DNA of 63,974 nucleotides, counting the filler, from Squatina squatina (lineage: Eukaryota): NCBI GenBank assembly GCA_031763465.1. It is 4 parts of 4 records of this genome, joined end to end, with 100 filler letters (N's around TTAATTAATTAA, not from the genome) between each part and the next. Parts side by side here need not be neighbours in the genome. Positions count along the whole stretch, not along the records: positions 17,862 to 35,813 come from JARFOE010000168.1; positions 35,914 to 51,753 come from JARFOE010000016.1; 2 more parts are not named here. One strand, 5' to 3'. Every line of letters starts with the position of its first letter. The first letter of the stretch is position 1. The position numbers were made by a program, and so were the translations under genes. Below are positions 24,896 to 37,197 of the stretch, one piece after another. The notes beneath the pieces were generated by a model. It searched no databases and had not been told where the DNA came from. It was given only the letters and a program-made list of their open reading frames with translations.

Positions 24896-25508
24896 GGTCC
24901 AGAAATTAATTATCGCCCCATTTGGAGCAAGTGTACCACTTCCTTCCTTGGGTGGTCATGGGATGCATGCTTCAGCAGCGTGAAGCACTGGGCCACGTAG
25001 CGCTACCACGTACGAGGGGCTCTTCCCTCAATTAAAGAGAAGGGCCCAAGATGCATACTCTGTGAAAGAAGAAGCCACCTACCTGGGAGTGGGGGTGCCG
25101 CGAGATCAGCCCAGCATTCAAGCAGAATGCCGGGCTCAGTGATCGCAGCACGGACCCCGCAAATAAACCCTGACTGGAGCAGCAACAAATAGAGCAGATT
25201 TTTTTCAGCAGCACCCGGCCACCTCCCCTTTAATTATTGCCCCGGTATGCGTCCCCTGAAGTAGTCACTGCTATCGCCCCGCGCTGCTTCAAAGAGCGAA
25301 AGCCAATTTATGGGCCAGGGCACTAACAGGGTAATGCGCACGGCGATGGCATCATAATCTCTGGGCGCAGGAGGTCGAAGCGCAATGCCATGGTGCCGCA
25401 GCTAAACTCCCGCCAAATTTAGCGGGTGTCATTAGCAGCGNNNNNNNNNNATTTGTGCCCTGTTGGGGGCGCTAATGGGAGGCACAAATGAACCCAAATT
25501 TCTCCCCC
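24896..25508. mobile_element. Non-autonomous PIF/Harbinger-like MITE with a 3-bp target-site duplication
   Basis: ATA|GGTCCAGAAATT...AATTTCTCCCCC|ATA; CpG-rich interior shares motifs (ggggcgctaatggg, cccctttaa) with the other two MITEs. Confidence 0.7.
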
Positions 25509-25915
25509 ATAGAATCATAGAATGGTCACAGCATGGAAGGAGGCCATTCGACCTGTCGAGCCCATGCTGACTCTCAGCTAGTCCCACTCCCCCACTCTTT
25601 CCCCGTAGCCCTGCAAATTGTATTTCCTTCAGGTACTTATCCCATTCCCTTTTGAAAACCACGATTGAATCTGCCTTCATCACCCTTTCAGGCAGTGCAT
25701 TCCAGATCATAACCACTCGCTGTGTAAAAAAGTTTTCCCTCATATCTCCTTTTGGTTCTTCTGCCAATCAACTTAAATCTGTAACCTGTGGTCCTCGACC
25801 CTTCTGCCAATGGGAACAGTTTATCTTTCTTTACTCTGTCTATACCCCTCATGATTTTGAACACCCTTATCAAATCTCCCCTCAACCCTCTCTACTCTAA
25901 GGAGGACAACCCTAG
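25509..25915 (-). mobile_element. CR1-type LINE 3' end
   Basis: RGDLIRVFKIMRGIDRV...FFTQRVVMIWNALPERV; (atagaatc)n tail. Confidence 0.85.
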
Positions 25916-26015
25916 NNNNNNNNNNNNNNNNNNNNNNNNNNNNNNNNNNNNNNNNNNNNNNNNNNNNNNNNNNNNNNNNNNNNNNNNNNNNNNNNNNNNN
26001 NNNNNNNNNNNNNNN

Positions 26016-26366
26016 ACTCCTGTTCCTCCTGGGCCACAAGTAGTGCTAGAAAAGCACCTACCTGGATGCTGGATCTGGCCTCACTCACCTCTTTTTAGCT
26101 GCTGGGTTTCCCAAGCCCCTGGAAACCTGGGCTGCAGGCATTCATTCCAAAACACTGACAAAATCGGAGGCATGGAGACTTATTTAAATATTGTAATTAC
26201 CGATCTGCATCTCCAGAGCAGGTTACTTGGCCGATGCGGTGCTGCTAAACCAGAAATAGACCCATTTTCTGTAGGTTGTGGTCAGATTTCCTATTTCAAT
26301 CATTTAACGCCTCGATCCACCCACGGCACTATCCCGCCCGTCCTAGCAGGGTTAAAATTTCCCCCC
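26016..26366. mobile_element. MITE-like fragment
   Basis: GC-rich tract ending ggttaaaatttcccccc. Confidence 0.45.
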
Positions 26367-28412
26367 AAGAGTGATAAATGGTTGGAAAAATATAGCAAGC
26401 AAGTCATAGAGTCAAAAACATTTAAAGTAGAGTTAGTTGCCACAGTGGGATAGTTAATGGACTAGATCATCAATGGGCTACAAGGTATTTTTCTCATGTT
26501 CTTATTTAATCTAGCTCTGTAGATGAATTCAAACATAGGTAACTGAAGGATTGAGATGTGCTAGCATTAATCAGAAATTGAGTGGTGTTGTGCTTTACTA
26601 AGATATGGTGTTGATTAGGGCAACTATTTGTGTTTAAAGGTGTGACTCAGTGCCCACTGAGAGACATGAGCAAATGCCTAAGACAGTTGCCATGGTATTT
26701 TTTTAACAGGAGATATCAAACCAGGATCCTGCAGCTTGCCTTTCCTGGAAAACAGTTTGCATGGCACTGTTAGTTGGTCAATATTTTCTGTAGAAAACCA
26801 TCATAACGCTGCTGTTTCACTGCACTCAGAACCACTTTTATATGCAGTCTCATTAGAATAACATTGAAATATATCAAGATTGCAGGGATCTTGTTAAACA
26901 TTTTTGTAACTGACAGTCAAGACATTGTCCTGCTGAAAGCAGCATGTTCATGATGATGTCAAAATAATTACAAAGGCAAAGGTTGAAGATGGCACGAAAA
27001 GGTTCACTCAAGTTTACAAATATCTATGTTCCTAGGCCTGTGTTCCTGTGGGCGTACATATAGATTACTTGGGATTTAACAGCACAGTTTGCACAATTAT
27101 GCCTGAACATCTTCTTAAAAGTACTCTTGAGGATAAATGTCACATCCACTTAGATTGTAAGATACCTGTAAGACACGAATAATACTTCATAAATTTCAAT
27201 TCTAAAGTAATTTGGATTCACAGCACAATTTTGTAATCCATTTATATTTAATTGACTCTTCACAACTCTTTGTGGTATGTGGAAATAAATCATTACTGAA
27301 TTAAAATGCAGCAATTGTGCTGTAAGAGGTCATAAAGGGTAAAGTTCAGTCTGTCTCCCCACACTTATTTTGTGTTTATAGTAAAAAGGCAACATCCATC
27401 TTGGGATGGGGCTTGATCCTCAGGAATATGAGCCAGGCTGCCACATCTGTTCAACGAAAAGAAAAACTTTTCTTAGGAAGAGGAGGTTAAACTTCCAAAC
27501 TGCCATTCAACAAAATTGCTTTGCCGAGTTAAACAGTTACCGTCATGAAGATTGTATACTTACAGCATATTTAGTAACAGCTCCGTTCAGATAAAGCTAA
27601 AGGAACAGTTACTGCATTGGATGCAATCGGCTATTCTGGTGCAAATTGCGTCCAAAATTGCCCCCGTTTTGAAAAGTCTTTTTTATCCCCGCATTTCTGC
27701 TCAAACTCATTTCAATATCGCAGTGTGCAAAATCTGCCCTGAAACAGCGCAGTGTGCTTTAAAACATAATTTTAAAAATATTTGCTTTGAAAAATAGTCC
27801 TTGATATATTCAAGAGTTGTAACTTGGTAAAGTTTGATTCATACAGCTGAAAATGGGTTTTTCTCAAAAAATAAGCATTTTAAATCACCGTGTTAATCCA
27901 CCACCTGTGAGTAACCCGACTTTAAATTACTGAAAATGTCTTTTAAAAATCATACAATTTATTCAGTACCAACACACCTGCCATTAACATGTTGTCGTAG
28001 CATTAGTGCCGAGTGACAGAATGGTAACGTACACTGTTACACGCACCAGGTTTACACCCTACGCTCAGTAGGACACAGCCCTCTTTGTTCTCCAGGCGTG
28101 CTGAACCTCACCCAAGTTTGTGAATAGGTGCAACACAAAAAACCTTGAGAATCAGGCAATGTTTTCATGCATGAAATAAAGCTCGGGTCCCAGAACTAAA
28201 GATATTAACCTTGTGCGGTATGGTAACTGTTGGGCGCTGTGGTTCCTTTACTTGGTTTCATCACCTTAAAGATTAACTCCTCTCTACAGANNNNNNNNNN
28301 NNNNNNNNNNNNNNNNNNNNNNNNNNNNNNNNNNNNNNNNNNNNNNNNNNNNNNNNNNNNNNNNNNNNNNNNNNNNNNNNNNNNNNNNNNGCCTCAAAAA
28401 CTTCAAATGCCC

Positions 28413-28620
28413 CTCCAGGACTTGGATACATAACATACGAGGACAATTCTTCAGTACTGAGGGAGTGCTGAATCGTCAGAGGTCTCAATCTTTGGGCAAA
28501 ACATTAAGTTCAAGTTTGAAGATTGGCAGGGAGTTCTTCTGCTGTCCTGGCCAACATTCCCCCCTCAAATACCACCAAAAACAGATTAGCTGGATGTTTA
28601 TCTTATTACTGTGAGGAGGA
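28413..28620 (+). mobile_element. Old SacSINE1-type SINE fragment
   Basis: cagtactgagggagtgctg...tgtcctggccaacatt...aaaacagatta motifs. Confidence 0.6.
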
Positions 28621-29105
28621 CCTCCTGGTTTCAGATATAATTTAGATATAATTTAGCCTTATTGCATATATAGAGATGTTCAAAGCAGGAGTAGGAGCAC
28701 GACTTTTGGATCCAACTCCTCCAGGCTACAGGGGAGAAATTTCAAGGTTCTTATGTGTGATCCCTAGCCAGTTTTTGAGGTCACACCTGCGGAGATGCAA
28801 GATATAGATACGATCAAACTCAGCTGCAATATCTTCCACACTGGAACTACCTGACAAAATGCAGCATTAAAGCTACCAATTGGCATTACTTTTAATGTCA
28901 GTGGTAACCCATTTACGTTAAACTGAAGTAATACCTCACATGAAGAACGGGTGTTTGCACCAAGATGTCAGGGGGCACCTGAGAGTCAATAATCCAACAT
29001 CTGGAGAGAGGTGGGGTGGGGTGGGGAGTGGTGGCGAGTGGTGGCAGGAGGAAACAAAACAACACGAGCCAAGAAGGAAAAACAGCCACATAAACAAGTC
29101 CAAAC

Positions 29106-29367
29106 CTTCCACGCAGTTCTCCACCTCCTCCAGGTTTCGAAGAGTAATCCTCATGAGGCTGGAGCTGAGCATCAGTTCATTTTTGTGAGCCGGCCACATG
29201 GATTTGGGCGCCAGGTTCACGAAGAAAATCCGAGTGTCGCCTGTGGAGACTTGGTTGTCGCAGATTAAAGGATCGCCAAAGCCGCAGATCATCACTTTAT
29301 TCCCACCGTCGACGAGGATCTCATTCCTCACCGTCTCTCTGCCTTTCAGGTACCTCCAGACACGCAC
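29106..29367 (-). CDS. AGRN: Agrin NtA (laminin-binding) domain exon (262 nt)
   Basis: gaag|GTG CGT GTC TGG...GAA G|gtttg encodes VRVWRYLKG...DGGNKV...[23 protein letters not shown]...[29 protein letters not shown]. Confidence 0.96.
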
Positions 29368-29469
29368 CTTCAATGCACAATAGAACACAAGTTAATACTG
29401 AGCAGTTAGTGCAAGAATCAGATCTCCACGCAAGTCTTTCAAGTTTGCAGTGCGTTTAGGGACTACACT

Positions 29470-29908
29470 GAGCTCAGTGGGTAGCACTCTCTCATCTCGG
29501 AGTCAGCAGGTTGTGGGTTCAAGTCCCACTCAAGAGACTTGAGCACAAATCTAGGCAGACACACCAGTGCAGTGCTGAGGGAGTGCTGCACTGTCAGGGG
29601 TGCCATCTTTCAGATGAGAGGTTAAACCGAGACCCAGTTTGCTCTCTCAGGTGGACGCAAAAGATCCCACGGCACTACTTCGAAGATGAGTAAGGGGTTC
29701 TCCCCAGTGTCCTGCCCAATATTTACCTCAGATTATCTGGTCATTATCACACTGCTGTTTGTGGAAGCTCGCTGTGTGCAAATCGGTTGCCGCGTTTCCT
29801 ACATTACAACAATGGCTACACTCCGAAAAGTACTTAATTGTCTGCAAAGCCTTTTTGGATGTCCTGAGGTCATGCAAGGCGGTGTGGAAATCCAGGTCTT
29901 TCTTTATT
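29470..29908 (+). mobile_element. SacSINE1-type SINE, near full length
   Basis: gctcagtgggtagcactc...ggttcaagtcccac...; colinear with 18543-19013. Confidence 0.85.
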
Positions 29909-30359
29909 TTCCTTTAAACTCTTACTATGTTANNNNNNNNNNNNNNNNNNNNNNNNNNNNNNNNNNNNNNNNNNNNNNNNNNNNNNNNNNNNNNNNNNNN
30001 NNNNNNNNNNNNNNNNNNNNNNNNNNNNNNNNGTAACATAACCACTATGCTACCGTAACCCAGTAAGTGTCTAGGTTTTAAGGATTTTCTTGGTAATGTC
30101 ACCCTACTTTATCCCATGTTTTCTCCTCTTTGATAAATTCCTACTGAGTTAGGGCGCAGTTGACAGGTAGGAATGTAATCTTTCACCAAAGCCAAAACTA
30201 GATAGAGGTCAGGGCATGGGACAGAGGTGTGGTAATCATGATTAACAATGTAAAGCTAAAGCAAAATAAACAAGAACGATCGTTGCCCCTGGAACGAAAC
30301 CCAGGTCAAAGCCTGGAAGTTAAGAAAATTGGATAAGTGACTTAACGACATATTATAAC

Positions 30360-30563
30360 TCCAAGGCTGTGAGCGCATGGACTCCTTTGTGAACGGTATT
30401 TATGAGCGCATCACGGGTGAGGCTTCCCGCCTGGCCCATTATAAGAAGCGCCACACCATTGGCTCCCGGGAGGTCCAGGTGCCTACTGCTGGTGAGAGGA
30501 GCTGGCCAAACACGTGTGTCGGCAGGGACAAAGGCAGTGACCAAGTACACCAGCTCCAAATGA
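30360..30563 (+). pseudogene. Histone H2B pseudogene fragment (5'-truncated, frameshifted)
   Basis: [39 protein letters not shown] / ELAKH / [15 protein letters not shown] across shifted frames; N-terminal tail and stem-loop absent. Confidence 0.9.
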
Positions 30564-31155
30564 AACCCCACAAATGTATTGAAAAACGCAACTCACTGCT
30601 GCCCAATTTAGTCTCCAATGTAGCAGGCTGTACTCACTTAGCAAGCACTCATTTCGCAATGGAAAAGTACAGCATTGTCCCCTGTTACTGAGAAGCAACT
30701 GAAAATTCAACCTTCATCATTCAAAGATTTATTACTTAACTTTCTGGGAAAATTATATGATAAAATCTCAAATCAATATTATGAGAAAGATTTTGTTTTT
30801 CATCATTTAGATTTATGGCATATTGAACAAATGCCAGAGTACAGTTTAACTGCAGACGCAGGAGAATTGTGGCTTGTGAGAAGGAATCGATATGTTAATT
30901 AGCATGCGTCTATTAAATGGCTGGGCAGGAGAATGCAGCCATTAGCTCTGTCTCTTGTAATTAATCAGATTGCATGCAGCCTGCTCTGATCTGCCGAGAG
31001 GCGACTGAAATGTTCTTTTCTGATAAAGGTAGCCAAAAATAAGGCTCATTCATATNNNNNNNNNNNNNNNNNNNNNNNNNNNNNNNNNNNNNNNNNNNNN
31101 NNNNNNNNNNNNNNNNNNNNNNNNNNNNNNNNNNNNNNNNNNNNNNNNNNNNNNN

Positions 31156-31253
31156 CAGTAATAACTGAGACAGGATCAAGTGCATTAATAACAGGGTCTA
31201 GCACAGAAAAATCAGAGACAGGGTCTCATAATAACTGGGACAGGGTCTAGTGC
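31156..31253. repeat. Degenerate minisatellite next to a gap
   Basis: About four imperfect units built on ataactg(a/g)gacagggtctag. Confidence 0.5.
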
Positions 31254-31467
31254 CATAGGATTGAAGAGGGATTTACAGCTCCATTTAATCCTGAATAGCA
31301 ATTGTCTTCTGAATTGAAAGAATGGGTTACAGCAGTCACCATCCCTCTGGTGCTGCTTTCAACTGGTGTGACAGCATGCATTAACAAATGCCAAGAAAAC
31401 TTACTTCAGCTTTGAGTTAAAACAGCTTCCTGCTAGAGTCCCAGCTGTTCTCCTGCTATGGCACACA

Positions 31468-31481
31468 GTTACTATGGCAAC
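31468..31481. promoter_or_regulatory. Candidate RFX X-box
   Basis: GTTACTATGGCAAC versus consensus GTTGCCATGGCAAC, in unique sequence. Confidence 0.4.
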
Positions 31482-32776
31482 AGCTGCTGTCGACATCCTG
31501 CCTCTCCAGATGCTGGCAATGTGCCTGGTCAGTGCTCTCACTGTGCCAATTGCTGGAACCATATTGAGTTAAGGGCACTTTGAGTCAGCCCTTGGGGGGG
31601 AAGTGCCTGTTCAATCTCTCTTTCTCTCCCTTCTGTACAACGACTGGTTCCTGAAGTGAACCCATCTGGTTCCCTGATGTCCCGAATCCTGTCTCGGCAT
31701 TCCTGACATGCTACACCAGTTTCCTTTTTGATGCTAGCCTTTTCTTTCCTTCTGAATGGCTGAACAAATTTAGTTGCTGTTGCAAATTCACCTCTGTCCA
31801 CATTCTACATCAAATCCCACTCCAGGGACTTGAGCACGTCAATCGAGGCTGACTGTCCAGNNNNNNNNNNNNNNNNNNNNNNNNNNNNNNNNNNNNNNNN
31901 NNNNNNNNNNNNNNNNNNNNNNNNNNNNNNNNNNNNNNNNNNNNNNNNNNNNNNNNNNNNCACGACCGTTGGACGTCCCAAAGTGCTTTACAGCCAATGA
32001 AGTTTGGCCACTGTCGTAATGAGCCAGCTCCGTGTCTGTACTTTGTCTTTAAATCTTTCTTCCTTGTCCTGAATTGTAGGGCCTGTGTTTTTTTTTAATG
32101 TTGTGTGGCCCTACAGTCCGGAGATTTAACAGTAGGCTCACGGAGGCAGCTCTCACAGAATCCAGCCTTAAATTGAAACGAGGCCGGAGCCAGCCAGCCC
32201 TACTGAAAACGGGGAGCCATGTCCCCAACCAGTGTTTGTTCAGCACATTGAGAATAATTCTATAACGACCACCAATTAACTGCCTCAGCCACTCAACACC
32301 AAAGTCCGTGAAGACTATTTGCATTCTAATCACTGCTGTTGAGGGGAAGCATTATTTTGTGTGCTCTGGGTCCTGCCAGTTTCCTGATTGCATAATTTAA
32401 AAAAAAGCACAGTTTAGGGGCCGCAATACTTGTTACACTAATTTCCTGAGTCACAATGGGAGCAGGACAATGCGAGTGTGACCCATGCAGGTTTAGCAAT
32501 TGCCTTCCTCCCAGTCCCTTCCTGTCCGTGGGTTTCTGAGCCCATTTGAATGGAGCTTTTCCCACAGGCTTTTGAAGTGATTTTATATAATAGCAGCCCG
32601 GATGACGGGAGTTGCATGGATCTCCTGCTCTGGACTCTACCCTACGCCTCGGAGACCCGAACTATCGTAAACTCTGNNNNNNNNNNNNNNNNNNNNNNNN
32701 NNNNNNNNNNNNNNNNNNNNNNNNNNNNNNNNNNNNNNNNNNNNNNNNNNNNNNNNNNNNNNNNNNNNNNNNNNNN

Positions 32777-32880
32777 AGGAGGGGAGGTTTTGGGAGGGAA
32801 TTCCAGAGCTTAGGGCCCAGGCAGCTGACGGCACGGCCGCCGGTGGTAGGCCAAAGGAAATTGGGGATGCTCAGTAGATC
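32777..32880 (-). mobile_element. L2-type LINE fragment
   Basis: TTGGRAVSCLGPKLWNSLP, homologous to 22830-22910. Confidence 0.7.
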
Positions 32881-32889
32881 AGGATGCAC

Positions 32890-33060
32890 AAGTGGCAGGG
32901 TTCCTGCTCTTGAACACTATCCATCAACGCCTGCTGGAAGTGTGCTTCTTTGGAATCCCCGGCGAAGACAGGAGTCGGGCTCGGCTGTGAGCTCCTCTGC
33001 CGTCAGATAGCCTTGTCAAGCCTCGGGCTCCATAGTCACCACGTGGCTGAGCTGCAGAGG
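32890..33060 (+). mobile_element. Old SINE-like family, central fragment
   Basis: cagggttcctgctc...ctgctggaag...ggctgtgagct resembles 42645-42730 (ccagggttcccattgct...ttgctcgaaag...actgagct). Confidence 0.45.
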
Positions 33061-33809
33061 GCTGACTGACACTCTCCGAACCTTTGGGAGGCTGAAAATT
33101 GGAAAGAAAGCAGGGGGCGAAGAAAAGGGACAAAAAAATGCTTATGTTTCCAAACCAAACAAAAACAACACTGAAGGTTCATTTCCCACGAGAGCCTTGC
33201 ATTGCTCGTGCTTCCAGTGAATGGGGTATTGATTGTTTGACAGTCAGTTTAATCCTATAGGCAGCCGAGTAACAACAGATGCTCGGCACCTGTTATGCTC
33301 CATACTTCCACTCCCACCCTCATACAACGCCAGACTACAGGATGTGTGCCTTATCAAATATCTCCTGTGCTGCAGTTCACTGCTTCCTCTCACCAAGGAG
33401 AGATATGGAATCTGAACTCTGAGCAGCCCTGTCAACGAGCTACTCCTTTCAGCATGAGGCTACACATTGCGATTTTCCCAGGCCTTTTGGATGTAGCACG
33501 CTAAGGGACTACACCCAAGATCACACAGGACTTATGGGATTGCCACTGGACAGAAGGCTGGGATGTTGCAACAGTCCTCAATGCCTTTCAAGGGCACAGA
33601 CATCAGGAGCTGTCACACTGTGTTGTATCCTATTGTGTCCTCTTTGGCTTTTAAATTAAACAAATTTGTCCATTGAGGAGGTCACTTGGAAACCAGACAG
33701 AACAGGAAGGAAGTTGGATGCTGACAGCATGTTAGGGCAGTAACACGTTGATTCATGGATTGGTGCGGTGCGTGTTGGCATCTTTAACACCCGCACTCTT
33801 AGTCCAAAC

Positions 33810-34066
33810 TGTGTCAGCTGTGGCTCACCACTGAATCAGAGATTGTGTGGTTCGTAGTCCCACTCCAGCGATCTGAGCACAAAAATCTAAGCTGACACTC
33901 CAGTGCAGTGCTGAGGGAGTGCTGCACTGTCGGAGGGGCCATCTTTCAGATGAGACGTTAAACCACGTCTGCTCTCTCAGCTGGACATAAAAGATCCCAT
34001 GGCGTTATTTTGAAGAACATGGGAGTTATCCCTGGGGTCCTGGCCAATATTTATCCCTCAACTAAC
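33810..34066 (+). mobile_element. SacSINE1-type SINE, 5' half
   Basis: tgtgtcagctgtggctca...ccagtgcagtgctgagggagtgctgcactgtcgg...atttatccctcaa. Confidence 0.85.
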
Positions 34067-34256
34067 ATATCTGACAAAGAGTAGTGGCCCCCCTCACTTC
34101 AGTGAGCCCATTTCCCCAAAACATTATGCAATTATGCAGCATAATTAATAAGTGTGCAGGTGTTAAGAAATCATCAGACACTATTATCTTTTGATGAGGG
34201 TTTCTAATGGGCTGTCTCGACTGCAGGCTTTTGAATTGATGCAATACAATTCCCAT

Positions 34257-34650
34257 ATAGGAACACAGGAACAGGAGGAGGCTATTCCAGCTTGTTCCAC
34301 CTATTCAGTTAGATCATGTCTGATCTGTTTCTTAACTCCATCTACCCAACTTGGTTCTGTAACCCTTAATATTCTTATCTAACAAAAATCTATCAATCTC
34401 AATTTTTAAATTCCCAGTTGATCCCCGGCCTCAACAGCTCTTTGGGAGCGTGAGTTCCAGATTTCCACTACCATTTGTGTGAGGAGGTGCTTCCTGACAT
34501 CACCCCTGAAAGGCCGAGCTCTAATTTAAGGTTATGCCCCCTTGTTTTGGACTCCTCCCCAATAGAAGAAATAGTTTCCCTCGATCTACCCTACCAAATC
34601 CTTTAATCATCTTAAACACTTCGAGTTGACCATCCCTTAATCTTCTATGC
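34257..34650 (-). mobile_element. CR1-type LINE 3' end
   Basis: RRLRDGQLEVFKMIKGFGRVDRGKLF peptide; reverse-complement tail ataggaacacaggaacaggaggaggc. Confidence 0.8.
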
Positions 34651-34654
34651 ACAA

Positions 34655-34885
34655 GGAACCTGTGAAATTCTCTACCACAGAAGGCAGTTGAGACGAAATC
34701 ATTAAATATATTCACGAAGGAGTTAGATATAGCTCTTATTGCTAAAGGGATCAAGGGATATGGGGAGAAAGCAGGGACAGGGCACTGAATTTGGATGATC
34801 AGCCATGATCATATTGAATGTCAGAGCAGGCTCGAAGAGCCAAATGCCTTACTCCTGCTCCTATTTTCTATGTTTCTATGTTTCT
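34655..34885 (+). mobile_element. CR1-type LINE 3' end
   Basis: ctaccacagaaggcagttgag...gatcagccatgatcatattgaatg...(ttctatgt)n tail. Confidence 0.8.
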
Positions 34886-35091
34886 CTGAAATACTGTTTC
34901 CTTTAACTTTTTTCATTGAATGTGGAAACATGTGAAGTTATTCACTTTGGTAGGAAAAATAGAAATGTAGGGTATTTTTTAAATGGTGAGAAATTGGGAA
35001 ATATTGATGTTCAGAGGGACTTGGGGGTCCTGTACACAAATCAGTTAACATGCAGGTACAGCAAGTAATTAAGAAAGCAAACAATGCAGGA

Positions 35092-35490
35092 CTCAGTAGC
35101 GAAGTGGTAATTTTGCGGGTCTGGTAATCTAGAGGCTTGGGCTATTGATCCAGAGATGTGAGTTCAAATCCCACTGAGGCAGCTGTGGAATTTAAATGCA
35201 GTTAATTAAATAATCTGCAATAAAAAAAAGTTATTCTCAGTAACGGTAAACATGAAATTATTGGATTATCATAAAAACCCATCTGGTTCACTACCATCCT
35301 TTAGGGAAGGAAATATGTGACTCTAAACCCACAGCAATTCTTATCTGGCCCAGCAAGCCACTCAGTTGTTTACAACTGCTACAAAAAGTCACCACAAGGA
35401 CTGCAGCAGTTCAAGAAGGCAGCTCATCACCACCTTCTCAAGGGCAACTAGGCATGTGCAATTAATGCTGGCCAGGAATGAATAAAAAAC
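35092..35490 (+). mobile_element. Second tRNA-derived SINE family
   Basis: Head with gagttcaaatcccac B box; tail matches 1-150. Confidence 0.65.
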
Positions 35491-35813
35491 AATTTATGAT
35501 CAATTCACACCACATCTCAGAATTATAGGACATCAAGCATGAAGGCCTGACTCCTCTGCTTTCACCTGTTAAGTTGTGTCCACAAAATGTTCACTGCAGA
35601 TCATAGCAGCTAAATATATATGTACCTCATTAGTTAATTAAAGCTGCCAATCAGAAAAGCTTACTATTTGTTTTCAACTGTTAATCTTTTTTGCCTGTTG
35701 GTGGTCAGCAAATGTGTACATTGAAAAGGAAGAACTCCATTGTTTCTGAACCATAGTCCAGAAATTGGTGATAATAGCAGACGAATGCTCAATGCATTTG
35801 TATAATATTCTTA

Positions 35814-35913
35814 NNNNNNNNNNNNNNNNNNNNNNNNNNNNNNNNNNNNNNNNNNNNTTAATTAATTAANNNNNNNNNNNNNNNNNNNNNNNNNNNNNNN
35901 NNNNNNNNNNNNN
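35814..35913. other. Artificial scaffold spacer
   Basis: 44 N + TTAATTAATTAA + 44 N. Confidence 0.95.
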
Positions 35914-37006
35914 CACCCAAATTCCCAATATGCTCTCCTGTTGCATGAAGCTCTGCGTCAAGAGCACTAACTCATAGAATCTACCCTATTACTCAGCCTT
36001 GTGCTTTGTAAATTGAGGGGGAAGAAGTACTCGGTAATAGTGAAACAACTGAGCTTCCTGGCAGTGGCGGATTTGTGGGAGTTCGACTTGAGGAGATAAT
36101 CAGGTCAAGAAGGTCAATGGATAAAGAAAGCCTAAAGGTGGGACCAGCAAAAGTAAGAAGTGGCAGCAATTAGTTAGACGTTTAAGAGACAAAAATATAT
36201 ATTTTTTGAAGAATTAAAAGAAGCAGAATTTGCTATGTTACTACTATGCTATATATATGGTAAAAGCATTGATTTTTTTGCAAACTGGAAAGGAAAACTG
36301 GATAGCTTAGCGTAAAAAAGACATCTATGGTGTTCACACTTGTTAGAAAATATATTGACACATTATACTAATACTTGTCTAAAGAAGTCTGAATATTCTT
36401 TAATAACAGAAAGTCACTTTATGTTGGCAGCTGATCCACGACTGTATGTAAATGTAATGTTGCATTCTTTCACTTTCACAGAACAGTTTACTCAAAGTCT
36501 CAGTCAACACCTTCTCATAAGGACTGTCAACTTGAGGTAAATTTGACATGAGCAGCCTCTGTTCAAAAAGGATCATAGTTCTAGCTCAAGAAAATAACGT
36601 GTATCATATCTATTACATAATATTTAGATTTTACCAGGCTATTTTTTTTGGCATATGACTGAAATTTAAACTGATCTACTCAAAGTAAACATTAGTCAAC
36701 TTTTAAAGTGTTCTAGAAAATGCAATTTTGGCACTGTTGACAGAAAAATAAGTCTGCACAATTTTCATGTAATGACCGTCATTTGCAANNNNNNNNNNNN
36801 NNNNNNNNNNNNNNNNNNNNNNNNNNNNNNNNNNNNNNNNNNNNNNNNNNNNNNNNNNNNNNNNNNNNNNNNNNNNNNNNNNNNNNNNCACTTAGAGCAA
36901 CAGATGATACATTCACAAGTGAGAATGATCAAAGTTTGCAGCAGAAGCACAGTTTGTTGGTAAAGAATTAAGATAAACCTCCAGAGTAATTAAAATGTCT
37001 CCTTAC

Positions 37007-37197
37007 AGTGTTCACAGGTGTCCTGGTTTCATCTAAAAAAACAATTGGCAGCAGTTCTTCAGAAGTTGAATCAAAATTTCTCAGTTCACTGAATTCTAAT
37101 CTTGTTTCCTTATCGCACAGTACATCACAGATAATGCAATCTACTCCGACTGGGACCAGGTGTTCGTCTCTAGTTCGTTGAGAATTTATCAGATACT
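37007..37197 (-). CDS. Candidate exon of an unidentified gene
   Basis: cag|AG TAT CTG...AAC ACT|gtaagg; 63 open codons YLINSQRTRDEHLVPVGVDCIICDVLCDKETRLEFSELRNFDSTSEELLPIVFLDETRTPVNT; weak acceptor; no homologue recognised. Confidence 0.3.
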
